From positions 1-25,409 of the forward strand of contig JBHLLU010000025.1 in NCBI GenBank assembly GCA_048938895.1: a DNA stretch of 25,409 bases. The letters run 5' to 3'. The position numbers and the translations under genes were made by a program. Shown piece by piece: positions 8,517 through 17,135 of the stretch. Position 1 is the first letter of the stretch. Each line of letters starts with the position of its first letter. The notes under the pieces were generated by a model, which was not told the DNA's origin, made no database searches, and saw only the letters and a program-made list of their open reading frames with translations. The stretch is from Promethearchaeota archaeon. GTDB taxonomy: Archaea; Asgardarchaeota; Lokiarchaeia; Sigyniarchaeales; SOKP01.

Positions 8517-9278
8517 ATGTTCGGACAAGTATTACTCTTTTCACTATTAATTTTCCCTATGATGTATATCTTGGGCTTTATTATAGAACATGCCCTTTTT
8601 AGTCGAGATATGGGAAAAGCAGGAAATATGATAAAAAATCTTGTATTCTTTGTAGGAGTTATTGTCCATGAATTATCTCACCGGATAATGTGTGCTTTGA
8701 CAGGAGTTCCCACAGACGGCATCTCAGTTAAATATCGAGATAAATATGGTCAAGTAAATCCCAATGGTTCAGTAAGTCCCCGAAATATGTATCAAATAAA
8801 CTTCATGCAAGGAGTGTTGATTAGTTTTGCTCCCTTATTGATCGGAGTTTGGGTTATTTATCTATTTCTTGTTATAGCATCTAATCCTTTTTTCGATCCA
8901 GTGATTCGAGTTATTGCTGGTGTATGTGCATTTTCGGTGTTTATTACTCTTGCACCCTCTCAAGCAGATCTTTCTATGGTTAAAATTTCCTTTCAAAACG
9001 ATCCCTCTCAAGGTATCTATAAGATTACTTTAGTCCTAGCTGCATTTTTACTCTCATGGATACTGGTAGGAATCTATAATATCGTATTTCCTGTAGAATT
9101 TTTATATTATTTTATCATCATTGGATTTTATTTTGGATTAAAATATACCATCACCTTCTTGAAATGGATTATCAATAAGATACGGTTCCGTTCAGGAGTT
9201 CCCCACTCCGCCGCAGGCTATAGAAGGTACGCCCGACGACATACTAAACCAAAAAAAGCTTATGGAGGGCAACCATGA
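8517..9278 (+). CDS. Integral membrane Zn metalloprotease (HExxH; M50/DUF3267-like)
   Basis: GVIVHELSH within a hydrophobic helix, 'SFAPLL', 'APSQADL' (candidate third ligand Asp), ~6 TM segments, basic tail. Confidence 0.8.
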   Translation: MFGQVLLFSLLIFPMMYILGFIIEHALFSRDMGKAGNMIKNLVFFVGVIVHELSHRIMCALTGVPTDGISVKYRDKYGQVNPNGSVSPRNMYQINFMQGVLISFAPLLIGVWVIYLFLVIASNPFFDPVIRVIAGVCAFSVFITLAPSQADLSMVKISFQNDPSQGIYKITLVLAAFLLSWILVGIYNIVFPVEFLYYFIIIGFYFGLKYTITFLKWIINKIRFRSGVPHSAAGYRRYARRHTKPKKAYGGQP

Positions 9279-9610
9279 AAGCGTATTGTTATTTAGTGTT
9301 GATCCTTGGATTCTTTATGTTTTACCAGCAGAATCCAGTCTATGCGGTGATCGTTATGGGAATAATCCTTGTTGGATATCTCTTTTTCAAATCCAAACGC
9401 TCACCATCAGGACGATCGGGAGGTATCTTGGGATTTATGAAAGGAAATGCTCAGCAAGACACCAGAAACTATGATGATCTCATTACATTGATGATGATCC
9501 AGCAATTAATGGATTCTAGCCATAACCACAAGACTCAGGAAATAGACACTACCCATAGTGATAAAGTGGAACAGATAAAAAGAGCTATACTTGATATTTT
9601 TGATGAGTAG
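9275..9610 (+). CDS. Small membrane protein (N-terminal TM hairpin, helical cytoplasmic tail)
   Basis: ATGA overlap with the protease gene and GGAGG SD; two hydrophobic stretches followed by basic 'KSKR'. Confidence 0.7.
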   Translation: MKAYCYLVLILGFFMFYQQNPVYAVIVMGIILVGYLFFKSKRSPSGRSGGILGFMKGNAQQDTRNYDDLITLMMIQQLMDSSHNHKTQEIDTTHSDKVEQIKRAILDIFDE

Positions 9611-9613
9611 CAC

Positions 9614-10306
9614 ATGCAAGTCCAACAGCCCCTTATCAATTTTTTAGAACGAATTATTTCTGAATATACCGTTATATCGATTTCAGGGGAATCAGGAACT
9701 GGAAAAACATCCCTTGCGGTATATTTGATTGCAAACCTAGTAAAAAATCCTGTTTGTTGTATCTGGGTTCAGGCAAGTGAGCCTTTTCCTAGAGTCAGAC
9801 TAGAAGGCATGTTTCGAAAAAATACTGAACAACAGGAGTATGTATTACAAAACACCTATATAGCTCCCAAAAAAGTAATGCACTCCTATTCAGATCAAGC
9901 CCATTTTTTCTCTACGTTTTTAGATTCGATATTTCCCCCTGATCTTCAATTTCTTATTATTGACAATATCTCCCATCATCTGCGTTATGAGCTTACTATT
10001 AGATCAGGGATTGATAAAAAAGTAAGACTTCTGGATGAGTTTTATGATACTGTAATATATCCCTTGATTTTAAAGTGTCAACGAGAGAAGGTTATCCTTA
10101 TTTTGCTCCATGAAGTTTCTTTTGATGTATCTACTCAACAGAACCGTCCCTTTTTCTACAAACTATATGAAAGAATTAAAGGAGTGCAACTAAATCTTAA
10201 TAAATCACTTTTTTCTGAAGAAAGAACAATGGAAATCGATACTGGGAGTAATCGAGTATCATTCGGTTTTACGATGAGTGAACATGGGTTCTATTTTGAG
10301 CTATAA
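9614..10306 (+). CDS. RadB/Rad51-paralog-like RecA-fold ATPase (core only)
   Basis: Walker A GESGTGKT, 'EPFPRVRLEGM' (cf. E.F...RL.QI), Walker B LIIDNIS, 'LLHEV' at the TNQV position; no N-terminal HhH domain. Confidence 0.8.
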   Translation: MQVQQPLINFLERIISEYTVISISGESGTGKTSLAVYLIANLVKNPVCCIWVQASEPFPRVRLEGMFRKNTEQQEYVLQNTYIAPKKVMHSYSDQAHFFSTFLDSIFPPDLQFLIIDNISHHLRYELTIRSGIDKKVRLLDEFYDTVIYPLILKCQREKVILILLHEVSFDVSTQQNRPFFYKLYERIKGVQLNLNKSLFSEERTMEIDTGSNRVSFGFTMSEHGFYFEL

Positions 10307-10340
10307 AAAGATATGTTACTTAACCCTTTTCTTATTCCTC

Positions 10341-10355
10341 TTTTTTCTTTAAATA
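10341..10355 (+). promoter_or_regulatory. T-tract/TATA promoter motif (TTTTTTCTTTAAATA) for radA
   Basis: Anchor C is 62 nt from ATG 10409; the leader contains an SD. Confidence 0.65.
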
Positions 10356-10408
10356 GGTTGAGTCTCAAATAGGTTTAGTAACAGTAAAGTAGGTGATGTA
10401 CAAGACAT

Positions 10409-11623
10409 ATGGCAGATTTAAGTCAAATAAAGGGAATTAACGCTCGTCAGATCAAACTTTTACTAGAAAACGGGATTAGCACTGCGGAAGCACTAGCTAT
10501 GTCTCCAAGTGGTACTGTTGCTGATATTGATGGTTTAGGAGATAAAACCGCAAAAAAACTCATTTGGAATGCCCGTAATGCACTGGGAATGACTGATTTC
10601 ATACAGGCAAAAGACATTGATGAGAATGTCGAATTCATAACCACTGGTTCTTCAGAGTTAAATAAAATTTTAGGTGGTGGATTCCAAACAGGAAAGTTAA
10701 CGGAAGTATATGGACCCTTCAAGTCAGGGAAAACTAACCTTGCTCACACTATTTCAGTTACCTCTCAACTTCCCGAAAAGAAAGGAGGGATAAATACATC
10801 TGTAGCCTATATTGATACGGAGAATACTTTTTCTAAGGAAAAGATTAAGCGAATTGCAAAACGGTTTGGACTCGATCCTAATGAAACTCTTTCTCGAATA
10901 TTTCACGCTCGGATTTACTCTTCTGATCATCAAACACAGATGATACAGAAGGCAGAAACACTCTGCAAGACTCGTGGCGTACGCCTAATAGTAATTGACA
11001 GTTTAATGGCTTTATTACGCGCAGAATATGTAGGCATTGGTCAATTAGCCCCACGTCAAGCTTTACTAAATAATATTATTCACACTTTGTCGAGGATTGC
11101 AGAAACATACAATTGTGCTGTACTACTTACCAATCAGGTCGCAGTTAAGATGATGGGTATGTTCTCAACTGATGACGCTATTGGCGGCAATATTGTAGCC
11201 CATGGTTGTCATTTTCGAGTAATGTTCAAGACCAAAGGATTTTCGTCAAATAACTCTCTAAAACGCAGGGCAGTGATAGTAGACGCTCCCGACCTTCCTC
11301 CTGAAGAGTGTGAATTTTTTATTACCCCCGCAGGCATTGCAGATACCGACAAAGTAGAGATTCCCAACGCCCCAGAATTAGCGTTTGATATGGAGACATT
11401 ATATGAAGAACAAGAATCTTCCTCAGAAGAAAACCAAGATATATCCTTAATTTCGGTGAAGGGAATCGGTAAAGGAACTGCGGAAGGTCTTGCGGCATTG
11501 GGTGTGACCTCCATCGATGCTCTGCTTGAAGCTGACCCTGAAGATTTATCCTCAAAATTGAGTGGTGCTTCAGTTAATAAAGTACAAGAATGGCAAAAAA
11601 ATGCGCAGGAGCTACAGACTTAA
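10409..11623 (+). CDS. radA: RadA/Rad51-family recombinase with additional C-terminal HhH domain
   Basis: N-terminal (HhH)2, FIQA polymerisation motif, TTGS.ELN.ILGGG, GPFKSGKT, YIDTENTF, VIDSLMALLRAEY, TNQV, GGNIVAH; acidic linker then 'SVKGIGKGTAEGLAALGV'. AGGTGA SD. Confidence 0.92.
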   Translation: MADLSQIKGINARQIKLLLENGISTAEALAMSPSGTVADIDGLGDKTAKKLIWNARNALGMTDFIQAKDIDENVEFITTGSSELNKILGGGFQTGKLTEVYGPFKSGKTNLAHTISVTSQLPEKKGGINTSVAYIDTENTFSKEKIKRIAKRFGLDPNETLSRIFHARIYSSDHQTQMIQKAETLCKTRGVRLIVIDSLMALLRAEYVGIGQLAPRQALLNNIIHTLSRIAETYNCAVLLTNQVAVKMMGMFSTDDAIGGNIVAHGCHFRVMFKTKGFSSNNSLKRRAVIVDAPDLPPEECEFFITPAGIADTDKVEIPNAPELAFDMETLYEEQESSSEENQDISLISVKGIGKGTAEGLAALGVTSIDALLEADPEDLSSKLSGASVNKVQEWQKNAQELQT

Positions 11624-11624
11624 C

Positions 11625-11700
11625 TCCTTTTTTTTTAATTCTTATTATAGAGAATTAATTGTTTGAATATATAAAAAAGTAAAAAAAGAGAATTTATTAT
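11625..11700. terminator. Probable bidirectional oligo-T terminator region between convergent genes
   Basis: T9 tract just after the radA stop; A-tracts (T on the minus strand) at ~11673-11687. Confidence 0.45.
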
Positions 11701-12716
11701 TCTTCCTCGTAAGTTGCACGTCCCTTAAAACGTCCAATGTTCCTATTTTTACTTTTGACTACAATAACTATGACCGCTGTAATTATCACCCCAAAAAAGG
11801 AGAGCAATCCCACGGTCCATTCCACTGGCATTTTAAATATATTCCTTGGGGTTGTACTGTTGGTTGGATCAGTCTGATTAGGATCCTGTATTCCACTGAT
11901 TCTATATCGCTCGATAATCGCATAGGCAATATTAGTATAGTTGACATCACTTTTTACCCCGATATCCATCGTGTAAAGTCCATCAATCGCTGTTCCAAAG
12001 AAGATACGATTTAAACCGGTGATGGGTGCCATCGTCTGATTAGTGTATATAATATAGTCAATGACAACAGGATCATAGAGCGTAAAATTTACCGAAACAA
12101 AATCACTAATTGTCGCAGCAATGGGCGAGACTCTCCCAAAACAAAACCAGTACATATAATCGGTTTTAAGCTCCACTGGCGGTGATATTATCATCCCATC
12201 CTGAAAGCGAGTAACATCATAATAAATCATGTTCTGAAGATCAGTAGCCGTAAGTTTGTCGTGAAGGCATTTTATCCATTTTTCAACTCGAATATAAAGA
12301 TTAAGATTGTAGGTAGATATAGTGGTAAATTCGATAGTATGATTGCCAGTAACCGCACAACCGAAAGGAATTTCATGATAATCTGTGTCTACATGGGTTG
12401 TAGTAAGATCTGCTTCAAAAATATCGAAATATTTCCCATCTGGATCTGTCACTGTAATGACAAGGTTACAGTTATGAGAAGTCACAATTTCCACCCAGAT
12501 AAGATAGGTATAGGGTTTCTCGAAATAGAGATCTTCAAAGGTTAAAGAATCAGATGGAGCTAGGAAGGCATATACCTTATCAGGAAATTCGGAATCACTG
12601 GATTTTACTTCTGGGTCGTTTGTCAAATTCACCGAAACAGCATCGATAGAAGGAAATAGCAAACAAAAAATAATTAAAACTGATAGTAGAATTTTAATTC
12701 CTCTCCTAATAGCCAT
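11697..12716 (-). CDS. Secreted, C-terminally membrane-anchored surface protein with two tandem beta-rich repeats
   Basis: Signal peptide MAIRRGIKILLSVLIIFCLLFP; repeats 'ITVTDPDG...IPFGCAVTGNHTI' and 'FTLYDPVV...IFFGTAIDGLYTM'; N-x-T-rich linker; TM helix then KSKNR. Confidence 0.75.
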   Translation of the reverse strand: MAIRRGIKILLSVLIIFCLLFPSIDAVSVNLTNDPEVKSSDSEFPDKVYAFLAPSDSLTFEDLYFEKPYTYLIWVEIVTSHNCNLVITVTDPDGKYFDIFEADLTTTHVDTDYHEIPFGCAVTGNHTIEFTTISTYNLNLYIRVEKWIKCLHDKLTATDLQNMIYYDVTRFQDGMIISPPVELKTDYMYWFCFGRVSPIAATISDFVSVNFTLYDPVVIDYIIYTNQTMAPITGLNRIFFGTAIDGLYTMDIGVKSDVNYTNIAYAIIERYRISGIQDPNQTDPTNSTTPRNIFKMPVEWTVGLLSFFGVIITAVIVIVVKSKNRNIGRFKGRATYEEE

Positions 12717-13032
12717 ACACCTCTAATTCGGTAAATTCTTCTTCCAATTCGTGAATAATTCCGCACTTATCAAACCTAACACAATTAAAACAGGGTTGAT
12801 CTGCCCAGAAATATGCCTTTTGGTTTGGGCGTTCGATAATAAGAACCGGAAAACCCCCATGTGGACATTGCATTGCTGAGTTCGAGATCTTTCCTCTTTT
12901 TGGTAAGGCATACGACATTTCGCATGCTTCGCATTTCATAAACCGTTTATAACTATTCGTTTTGAAGATAGTAAGAGAACATCCACAGGTAGGGCAACTA
13001 CCCACTTCTTTAATCTTTTTCATGAGTCTCAT
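12706..13032 (-). CDS. Stand-alone topoisomerase IA C-terminal-type Zn-ribbon protein
   Basis: 'GSCPTCG.SL.I.KT..KRFMKCEACE.SYALPKRGKI....QCPHGGFPVL' matches the pattern of archaeal TopA C4 ribbons; extra CFNC..C cluster; no catalytic domain. Confidence 0.75.
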   Translation of the reverse strand: MRLMKKIKEVGSCPTCGCSLTIFKTNSYKRFMKCEACEMSYALPKRGKISNSAMQCPHGGFPVLIIERPNQKAYFWADQPCFNCVRFDKCGIIHELEEEFTELEVYGY

Positions 13033-13064
13033 TTATTGTTTTTAGTATTCTCTGGTGTTCTCAG

Positions 13065-13109
13065 TATTTAAAGAAAAAATAATTTCCGAGTGAAATTTTT
13101 CTTTATATA
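13065..13109. promoter_or_regulatory. Back-to-back T-tract/TATA motifs (minus 13065-13079 TTTTTTCTTTAAATA; plus 13096-13109 TTTTTCTTTATATA)
   Basis: 41 nt from ATG 13032 and 33 nt from ATG 13134 in a 101-nt divergent gap. Confidence 0.7.
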
Positions 13110-13133
13110 TATCCAGCCTTAAGATATTCTATC

Positions 13134-13355
13134 ATGTTGCTAGATTATTTTGATCAAATGGGAGAAGCGGTAGAATTTCTAATTGCTCTCGGCTCTTTGG
13201 TGGGAGTTCTAGGACTTGTTGTAGGTATTATCGGGTTCATTTCCCTTGGTCAATTCCGCCGTCATCAGATGATAGGAGTAATAGTTGTATCCATTATGTT
13301 GTTAGTTGTGTGTGGCTCTGCCACTGGATTCAAATATTTCCATATTCGTCATTAA
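13134..13355 (+). CDS. Small 2-TM membrane protein (73 aa), pilin-sized
   Basis: Two Gly-rich hydrophobic helices separated by the basic loop QFRRHQ; own promoter-like box 33 nt upstream. Confidence 0.7.
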   Translation: MLLDYFDQMGEAVEFLIALGSLVGVLGLVVGIIGFISLGQFRRHQMIGVIVVSIMLLVVCGSATGFKYFHIRH

Positions 13356-13381
13356 AAGCTGTTTAAGTAAAAATTTAAAGC

Positions 13382-13756
13382 TTAATGATATCCAGGAGAA
13401 CTATGTTCGGCAGGTCCGATATTAATTCCAAAGATGGTGAGTACCTGTCCTGTAAGCCAACATCCAATCCATAAAAATACAATTCCAGTGGTTAACATTT
13501 TTAGGTTAAGAGAGCGTCCTCCAATAAAGATGCTGAGAATGCTATATGCCGTGAAAAATCCTCCTCCCATCAGACACAAGCCCCCTATGAAATCAAACAC
13601 CTTGGTAAACAGGTAGCCAGTTTGGTACCGTAGATGAACTGCTATGAAGGGAAAAGCGATAATAAAGGCAACTATTCCCCCGAAGATAATGAAGATGGAG
13701 GTAGATGTTTTTGAGGTTCTTCTCGACTCAAATAAATAATACTTGTTTCTTTTCAT
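13382..13756 (-). CDS. Small 3-TM membrane protein; start reassigned from 13795 to 13756
   Basis: Three hydrophobic segments. The longer ORF start overlaps the promoter-like box (13778-13792), which sits 30 nt from ATG 13756 (MKRNKYY...). Confidence 0.7.
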   Translation of the reverse strand: MKRNKYYLFESRRTSKTSTSIFIIFGGIVAFIIAFPFIAVHLRYQTGYLFTKVFDFIGGLCLMGGGFFTAYSILSIFIGGRSLNLKMLTTGIVFLWIGCWLTGQVLTIFGINIGPAEHSSPGYH

Positions 13757-13777
13757 ACACTTCCTAACTGCCCTTTC

Positions 13778-13792
13778 TTTATAAAGAAAAAA
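13778..13792 (-). promoter_or_regulatory. T-tract/TATA promoter motif (TTTTTTCTTTATAAA) for the 3-TM gene
   Basis: 30 nt from ATG 13756; overlaps the perfect palindrome TTTCTTTATAAAGAAA (13774-13789). Confidence 0.65.
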
Positions 13793-14019
13793 CATTCTTA
13801 CCTTCCAACATTATTGAAGACCTTCAGATCAATTATGGATGATTTAGAGGGAAATTCCTAGATTTTTTGTTTAAATATCTTCTGTTTGTCTATCGTTCAC
13901 CACTAAAAATAGATGTGAATTATGAAGATAAAACTTTTTTCTCGACTTGTATGGTTGTACCATCTTGTTAAGGGTTGGTAGTTTTTTTCCTTTCTTTTAT
14001 TTTTTTTCAAATTCTTTAC

Positions 14020-14033
14020 TTTTTCTTTTTATA
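14020..14033 (+). promoter_or_regulatory. T-tract/TATA promoter motif (TTTTTCTTTTTATA) for fen
   Basis: 33 nt from TTG 14058; divergent region. Confidence 0.65.
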
Positions 14034-14057
14034 GAACAAGGAAATTAATATATTACC

Positions 14058-15152
14058 TTGGGAATTAAACTTCAAGATCTTATTCAAAGAGAAATAATCG
14101 GAATTAATGAGTTAGCAGGAAAAATTATTGCAGTCGACGCTCCTAACATCATCATGGGGTTGTTTAATTTTGCAAGAAAGGACCTTGATGGCTCTTATGC
14201 CGGATTGATATTAGATAGAACTCAACGGCCAATTTCTCACCTCTATGGGCTTTTGTATCGACTCAACTTTTATTATTCGAAGAATATTTTTCCTATCTTT
14301 TGTTTTGACGGCAGAGATTCTGAGTTGAAAAAATTAGTTACGAAAGATCAACTTAGGGATTTTCGTTTTACCCAGCAATGGTATGAGCAGGCAATTCAAA
14401 ATCGAGACAAGGAAAAAGCACGACATATTGCGTTAAGTAAGGAATATTTATGGCAGAATATTATTAAAGAATCTAAAGAATTGTTAAATGCTTTAGGAGT
14501 TCCTTGTATAGAGTCACCCGCGTCAGCAGAGTCGCAATGTGCCTACTTAGTCAATCAAGGGATTGTTCATTATTCCAATTCCCAAGATTTTGATTCTCTC
14601 CTATTTGGATGCCCTCATCTAATCCAGAATTTATCGAAATCGCTCCGTAGAAAAATACAAGGGAAATGGACCTATACTAAGATAACACCGTTTCATGTTG
14701 ATTTACACAAAAACTTAAAGAAGTTAGGAATAGATCAGTTTCAGTTAGTTGATCTAGGGTTAATGGTGGGCACAGATTATTTTCAAGGGATCAGAGGGAT
14801 TGGTCCAAAAAAAGCACTAACGTTTATTCAACAATTCAAGCAAATTGAAAATGTTATAAGCCAAGAAAAGTATAATTATGATTTTGAGCAATTGACTCCT
14901 GACATCATAAAAAGAGTACGAAAATTGTATTTATTTCCAGAGGTTAATACCTCACAGCAAGAACTTTATTGGAACTTACCTCTTATGTCTCATGTTGTTG
15001 ACTTACTGTGCTATGAACATTATCTCAATAAAAATCGAGTAAAAAATAACTTACACAAATTAGTTGCTAATTATGAGAAATGTAGAACCCATTTTCTTAA
15101 TTTGCGAGATAAACCTCGTTCAGTTCAACGTACATTAGACAGTATATTTTAG
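14058..15152 (+). CDS. fen: Flap endonuclease-1 family nuclease (divergent)
   Basis: MGI.LQDL, GKIIAVDAPN, ISHLYGLLYR, FCFDG, AESQCAYL, SQDFDSLLFG, GTDYFQGIRGIGPKKAL (H3TH), C-terminal PIP box QRTLDSIF. TTG start. Confidence 0.92.
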   Translation: MGIKLQDLIQREIIGINELAGKIIAVDAPNIIMGLFNFARKDLDGSYAGLILDRTQRPISHLYGLLYRLNFYYSKNIFPIFCFDGRDSELKKLVTKDQLRDFRFTQQWYEQAIQNRDKEKARHIALSKEYLWQNIIKESKELLNALGVPCIESPASAESQCAYLVNQGIVHYSNSQDFDSLLFGCPHLIQNLSKSLRRKIQGKWTYTKITPFHVDLHKNLKKLGIDQFQLVDLGLMVGTDYFQGIRGIGPKKALTFIQQFKQIENVISQEKYNYDFEQLTPDIIKRVRKLYLFPEVNTSQQELYWNLPLMSHVVDLLCYEHYLNKNRVKNNLHKLVANYEKCRTHFLNLRDKPRSVQRTLDSIF

Positions 15153-15272
15153 TTTTGCATAATTGATATTAAAAGATATTATTTAGCTCAAAGACATTTC
15201 ATTATATTTTTTTATTTAAATAAAATGAACTTAAGCATTATTTAGAAAAAATTAATTTCTTCCCAAATTACG

Positions 15273-15860
15273 ATGACTCAAATAATAAAAAAAGAAATTC
15301 CTTGGAGCAGTCTTTCTGGAGCGCATAAATCACCTCAAAAAGAGCTAAATGGTCAAATTTTAAGTTGCTTATTTAGGGAGGAGTGCTTTGTATCATTTTC
15401 TCAAGATATTAAAGCTCTTTCGGAAATGGAAATGAGACAGATTGCCACCAAAGTACGCCTCCCTTATAAAATTGTGCGCTCTGTTATTACTAAGTTTCTT
15501 GTGGATTTGTTCTATTTTCGAAGGTTTTTACGAAGCTATAAATTCACGTATGCCTATACCAAAAGTCTTAGAAAACTAGTTATTTATCTCCATAAGCTCC
15601 ATCGTCTTGCTCCTGTATTCGATTTTCCTCGCGCAAAAGAGAATGCTCGAATCCTCAAACACAATCTATCACTTCGATGCTTTTTACCCCAGTTTGCTAC
15701 TCAACTTGCAATAGTGTTGTATGTAACCGATCTAAATGATCACAATAAGCAGTTTGTTATTAAACAGTCGAATTTACGATTATTATGCGATTGTAGTGCA
15801 TATGCCTTCCACAGGACTCGAAATAAACTCGGATTAGGAAGTAAAAAATCTTATCCCTAA
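15273..15860 (+). CDS. Basic protein with C-terminal TFB cyclin-repeat/HTH-like region, no Zn ribbon
   Basis: 'QLAIVLYVT...IKQSNLRLLCDCSAYAFHRTRNKL' resembles TFB repeat 2 (AAA.LY...TQ.EIA....S...IR.RYK.L). Confidence 0.55.
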   Translation: MTQIIKKEIPWSSLSGAHKSPQKELNGQILSCLFREECFVSFSQDIKALSEMEMRQIATKVRLPYKIVRSVITKFLVDLFYFRRFLRSYKFTYAYTKSLRKLVIYLHKLHRLAPVFDFPRAKENARILKHNLSLRCFLPQFATQLAIVLYVTDLNDHNKQFVIKQSNLRLLCDCSAYAFHRTRNKLGLGSKKSYP

Positions 15861-15870
15861 ATATTCAGAT

Positions 15871-15885
15871 TTTTTTCTTTATATA
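15871..15885 (+). promoter_or_regulatory. T-tract/TATA promoter motif (TTTTTTCTTTATATA) for the GNAT gene
   Basis: 54 nt from ATG 15931. Confidence 0.6.
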
Positions 15886-15888
15886 GAA

Positions 15889-17121
15889 ATGCTCGAATTG
15901 GATATAATAAAAACTCAAAGTGAAATTAAAATGGTTCAAACTATACAAAAATTACAGAAAAGCTATATTAAAATAAGCGAAACTGAAGATCTAACAGAAA
16001 TTGAGCTTGCTTTAAGAAATTTTTTGCGTAAATATACCCCACAAGTTAAGGAAAATGTGATTGTTAGTCTCTTAGGATATTTGGGACAAAAATTCCACAC
16101 TCCAGAATATAAAATAAAAGTTTTTATTGCCTATTATAATAGTGAACCCTATGGGATGGTCATATCTGACTTAAATCCTGAATATAAGAGTTATGGAAGA
16201 AAATGCGGAACATTTGGATGGTTATTCTGTCAAGATCAGCAAATTTGTTATGAACTGCTAAAGCAGTGTGAATTGTTTATTAAAGAAAACAGACTACGAA
16301 AAATCCGAGGTCCGATTAATTTTCCTAAGAATGAATTCGGCTTCGGTCTTCAAATTACAGGTACAGATGAACAGTTGTTGTATGGAGTTGCTCCTGCTAA
16401 TGAAAATCCAGATATCTATGATTATCTAGTAAGTTTAGGATATATCCCTGAATCAGAATATACCTGTATGCATGTTGTTGAAGAATCCTGGAAGAAAGGC
16501 AACTCGCTAGATAGCAGACTTAAATTATGCTGTTTGCCGGTCGATGAAGTAGAAGAGAAAATTGATGAGATTGTAGAATTAGCAGGAGATTCCTTCAGTT
16601 CACTGCTTCCTGATACATCAGGAGGTGGGAGGGAGAATGTAAGGGAGCTTTTGCATCTTGCTACTCATGTACCTAAGCAATATTTTCATTATCATCAAAT
16701 CTATGATCCTTTCGAGCGATACAACCATATTCAGGAATTTATTGAAGGGTGGAAGGATGTAGATCTTGAAGAGATGGTCACGGTATTTCCGATGGCTCTA
16801 GAACGGAATACCAATAAACTTATTGGAATCTTAATTGGAATCCTTGATTATTATCAGTGCTGGAATGGTCAGTATGTCTCACGGATTAACGTCCATACCG
16901 CAATGGTACGTAAAGGCTATAATGGAAAAGGAGTATTCTCTTCTCTAAACAACTTCGGGCAAGCCACCAACCGATCAATGTGGGGTACCGAATACTTTGA
17001 GGGAACGGCCATCTGGACTAGAAATTCGAAAGGAGTGAACAATGAAGATGCCGTCAACTCTATTTTTCCACACTGCCAACCTAACAGGAGGCATGTGGTC
17101 TTTGAAAAACGCGTGAAATAA
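15889..17121 (+). CDS. Tandem GNAT-fold protein (YghO-like N-acyltransferase); real start possibly ATG 15931
   Basis: 'CGTFGW', 'KIRGPINF...GL', 'NP..YDYL..LGY', 'HTAMVRKGYNGKGV' (acyl-CoA motif A). A promoter-like box ends 3 nt before ATG 15889, favouring 15931. Confidence 0.7.
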   Translation: MLELDIIKTQSEIKMVQTIQKLQKSYIKISETEDLTEIELALRNFLRKYTPQVKENVIVSLLGYLGQKFHTPEYKIKVFIAYYNSEPYGMVISDLNPEYKSYGRKCGTFGWLFCQDQQICYELLKQCELFIKENRLRKIRGPINFPKNEFGFGLQITGTDEQLLYGVAPANENPDIYDYLVSLGYIPESEYTCMHVVEESWKKGNSLDSRLKLCCLPVDEVEEKIDEIVELAGDSFSSLLPDTSGGGRENVRELLHLATHVPKQYFHYHQIYDPFERYNHIQEFIEGWKDVDLEEMVTVFPMALERNTNKLIGILIGILDYYQCWNGQYVSRINVHTAMVRKGYNGKGVFSSLNNFGQATNRSMWGTEYFEGTAIWTRNSKGVNNEDAVNSIFPHCQPNRRHVVFEKRVK

Positions 17122-17135
17122 TTTTTTTATTTTCT

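Noticed and set aside
9262-9474. 70-aa ORF
   Set aside because: Out-of-frame overlap with the better supported 9275-9610 gene (ATGA coupling, SD, TM pattern).
10447-13616. ORFs at 10447, 11209, 11322, 12261, 12723 and 13434
   Set aside because: Antisense or alternate-frame shadows of supported genes.
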